Source: Callorhinchus milii (Eukaryota). Taken from it: a stretch of 64,000 bases of DNA. Where the stretch lies: assembly GCF_018977255.1 (NCBI RefSeq), contig NW_024704742.1, forward strand, positions 63,242,001 to 63,306,000, in the 5' to 3' direction. Positions within the stretch are counted from its first letter, which is position 1; every line of letters begins with the position of its first letter. This document shows, piece after piece, positions 63,255 through 64,000 of the stretch. The position numbers and the translations under genes are program-made. The notes beneath the pieces are model-generated. The model saw nothing but the letters and a program-made list of their open reading frames with translations. It did no database searches and was not told where the DNA came from.

Positions 63255-63600
63255 TAACACATAGTTTACCACGTCCAAGTTTGACTACGCCAACCCTCTG
63301 CTCATCGGACAACCCAAGTCTTCCCTATACATGCTGCAGACTATCCACAATGCTGCAACATGTGTCCTTTCCCACAAAGTCAACTTGTCAAATCTATTGT
63401 CCCCATTTTTGCCCGGCTCCATTGGCTCCATATCTCCCAGTAAATGAAGTTCAGGATCCTCATGTTTAACTTCTAATCCCTCCATAGTCGTGCCTTACCC
63501 TACCTCTGGACCTCCTCAAAATGTACCAACCTGACCATCCTCTTCGCTCATTGGCCACTGGCCTGCTTCATATTCCCAGCTTGTCCCTCCCACACTACTT
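63255..63600 (+). mobile_element. Old L2 fragment
   Basis: accacgtccaagtttgactacgccaac...ctccattggctcc...aagttcaggatcctc. Confidence 0.75.
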
Positions 63601-64000
63601 TCTAGGTCTGTCCCAAGACTTTCCTCTTTGTACTTTTGGTCATCTTTCACCTTCCCACACAGTGGCATTCTTCTAATATTGTTCAAAGTTGTCTGCTGCA
63701 TTAGCCTGCAAAATATAGTTACTACCCTTCCAGTGGATCCTGTAAAATGCTTTGATACACCCTCTTTATGTGAAAGGCATTATATCAAATAAACTGATTA
63801 TTATTATTACAGTTTTAATCACTCTGTAGCGATAACTTCTTAATGGTTTTCAGTGATGGGCCAGCCAGATCAATAACACTGCCACTTTAGATGATATATT
63901 ACAAGAATAGATGTTACTTTTCTTAATATATTTGAGCTTCTTAAAATAGCTTCTTTTTGCAGGAGGTTGATATTTTGTTCACCAGGTATTTTGTCAAACC

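Noticed and set aside
1..64000. Supplied ORFs as host genes
   Set aside because: The long ones are frameshifted L2, CR1 or family X remnants or their antisense frames. The rest are short, often with GTG/TTG starts, and have no recognisable domain.

Overview
Eukaryotic, non-coding (intronic or intergenic), moderately AT-rich vertebrate DNA dominated by decayed transposable elements. No host protein-coding exon, rRNA, true tRNA gene or CRISPR array could be supported. Almost every ORF in the supplied track is a TE remnant or a chance ORF. The repeat content comprises many L2-clade LINE fragments with (TTG)n tails, CR1 fragments, two tRNA-derived SINE families (one with a Deu domain) and a Penelope-like element. 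This mix suggests a cartilaginous fish, possibly a chimaera such as Callorhinchus; that is an inference, not database-checked. Highlights: (1) an unassigned non-LTR retrotransposon ('family X', about 8 copies). Its ORF2 C-terminus with a CCHC knuckle can be rebuilt across an L2 insertion, and its ~550-nt 3' region is a chain of hairpins. (2) A Penelope-like element with a degenerate minimal hammerhead ribozyme and a GIY-YIG C-terminal remnant. (3) An internally deleted Tigger/pogo transposon retaining its HTH-coding start. (4) A solo LTR. (5) A foldback element. (6) Repeated L2 insertion at the same site in SINE tails. (7) Several TE-free, motif-dense candidate regulatory blocks. Coordinates were read by eye and are approximate (about +/-10-30 bp for old repeats).
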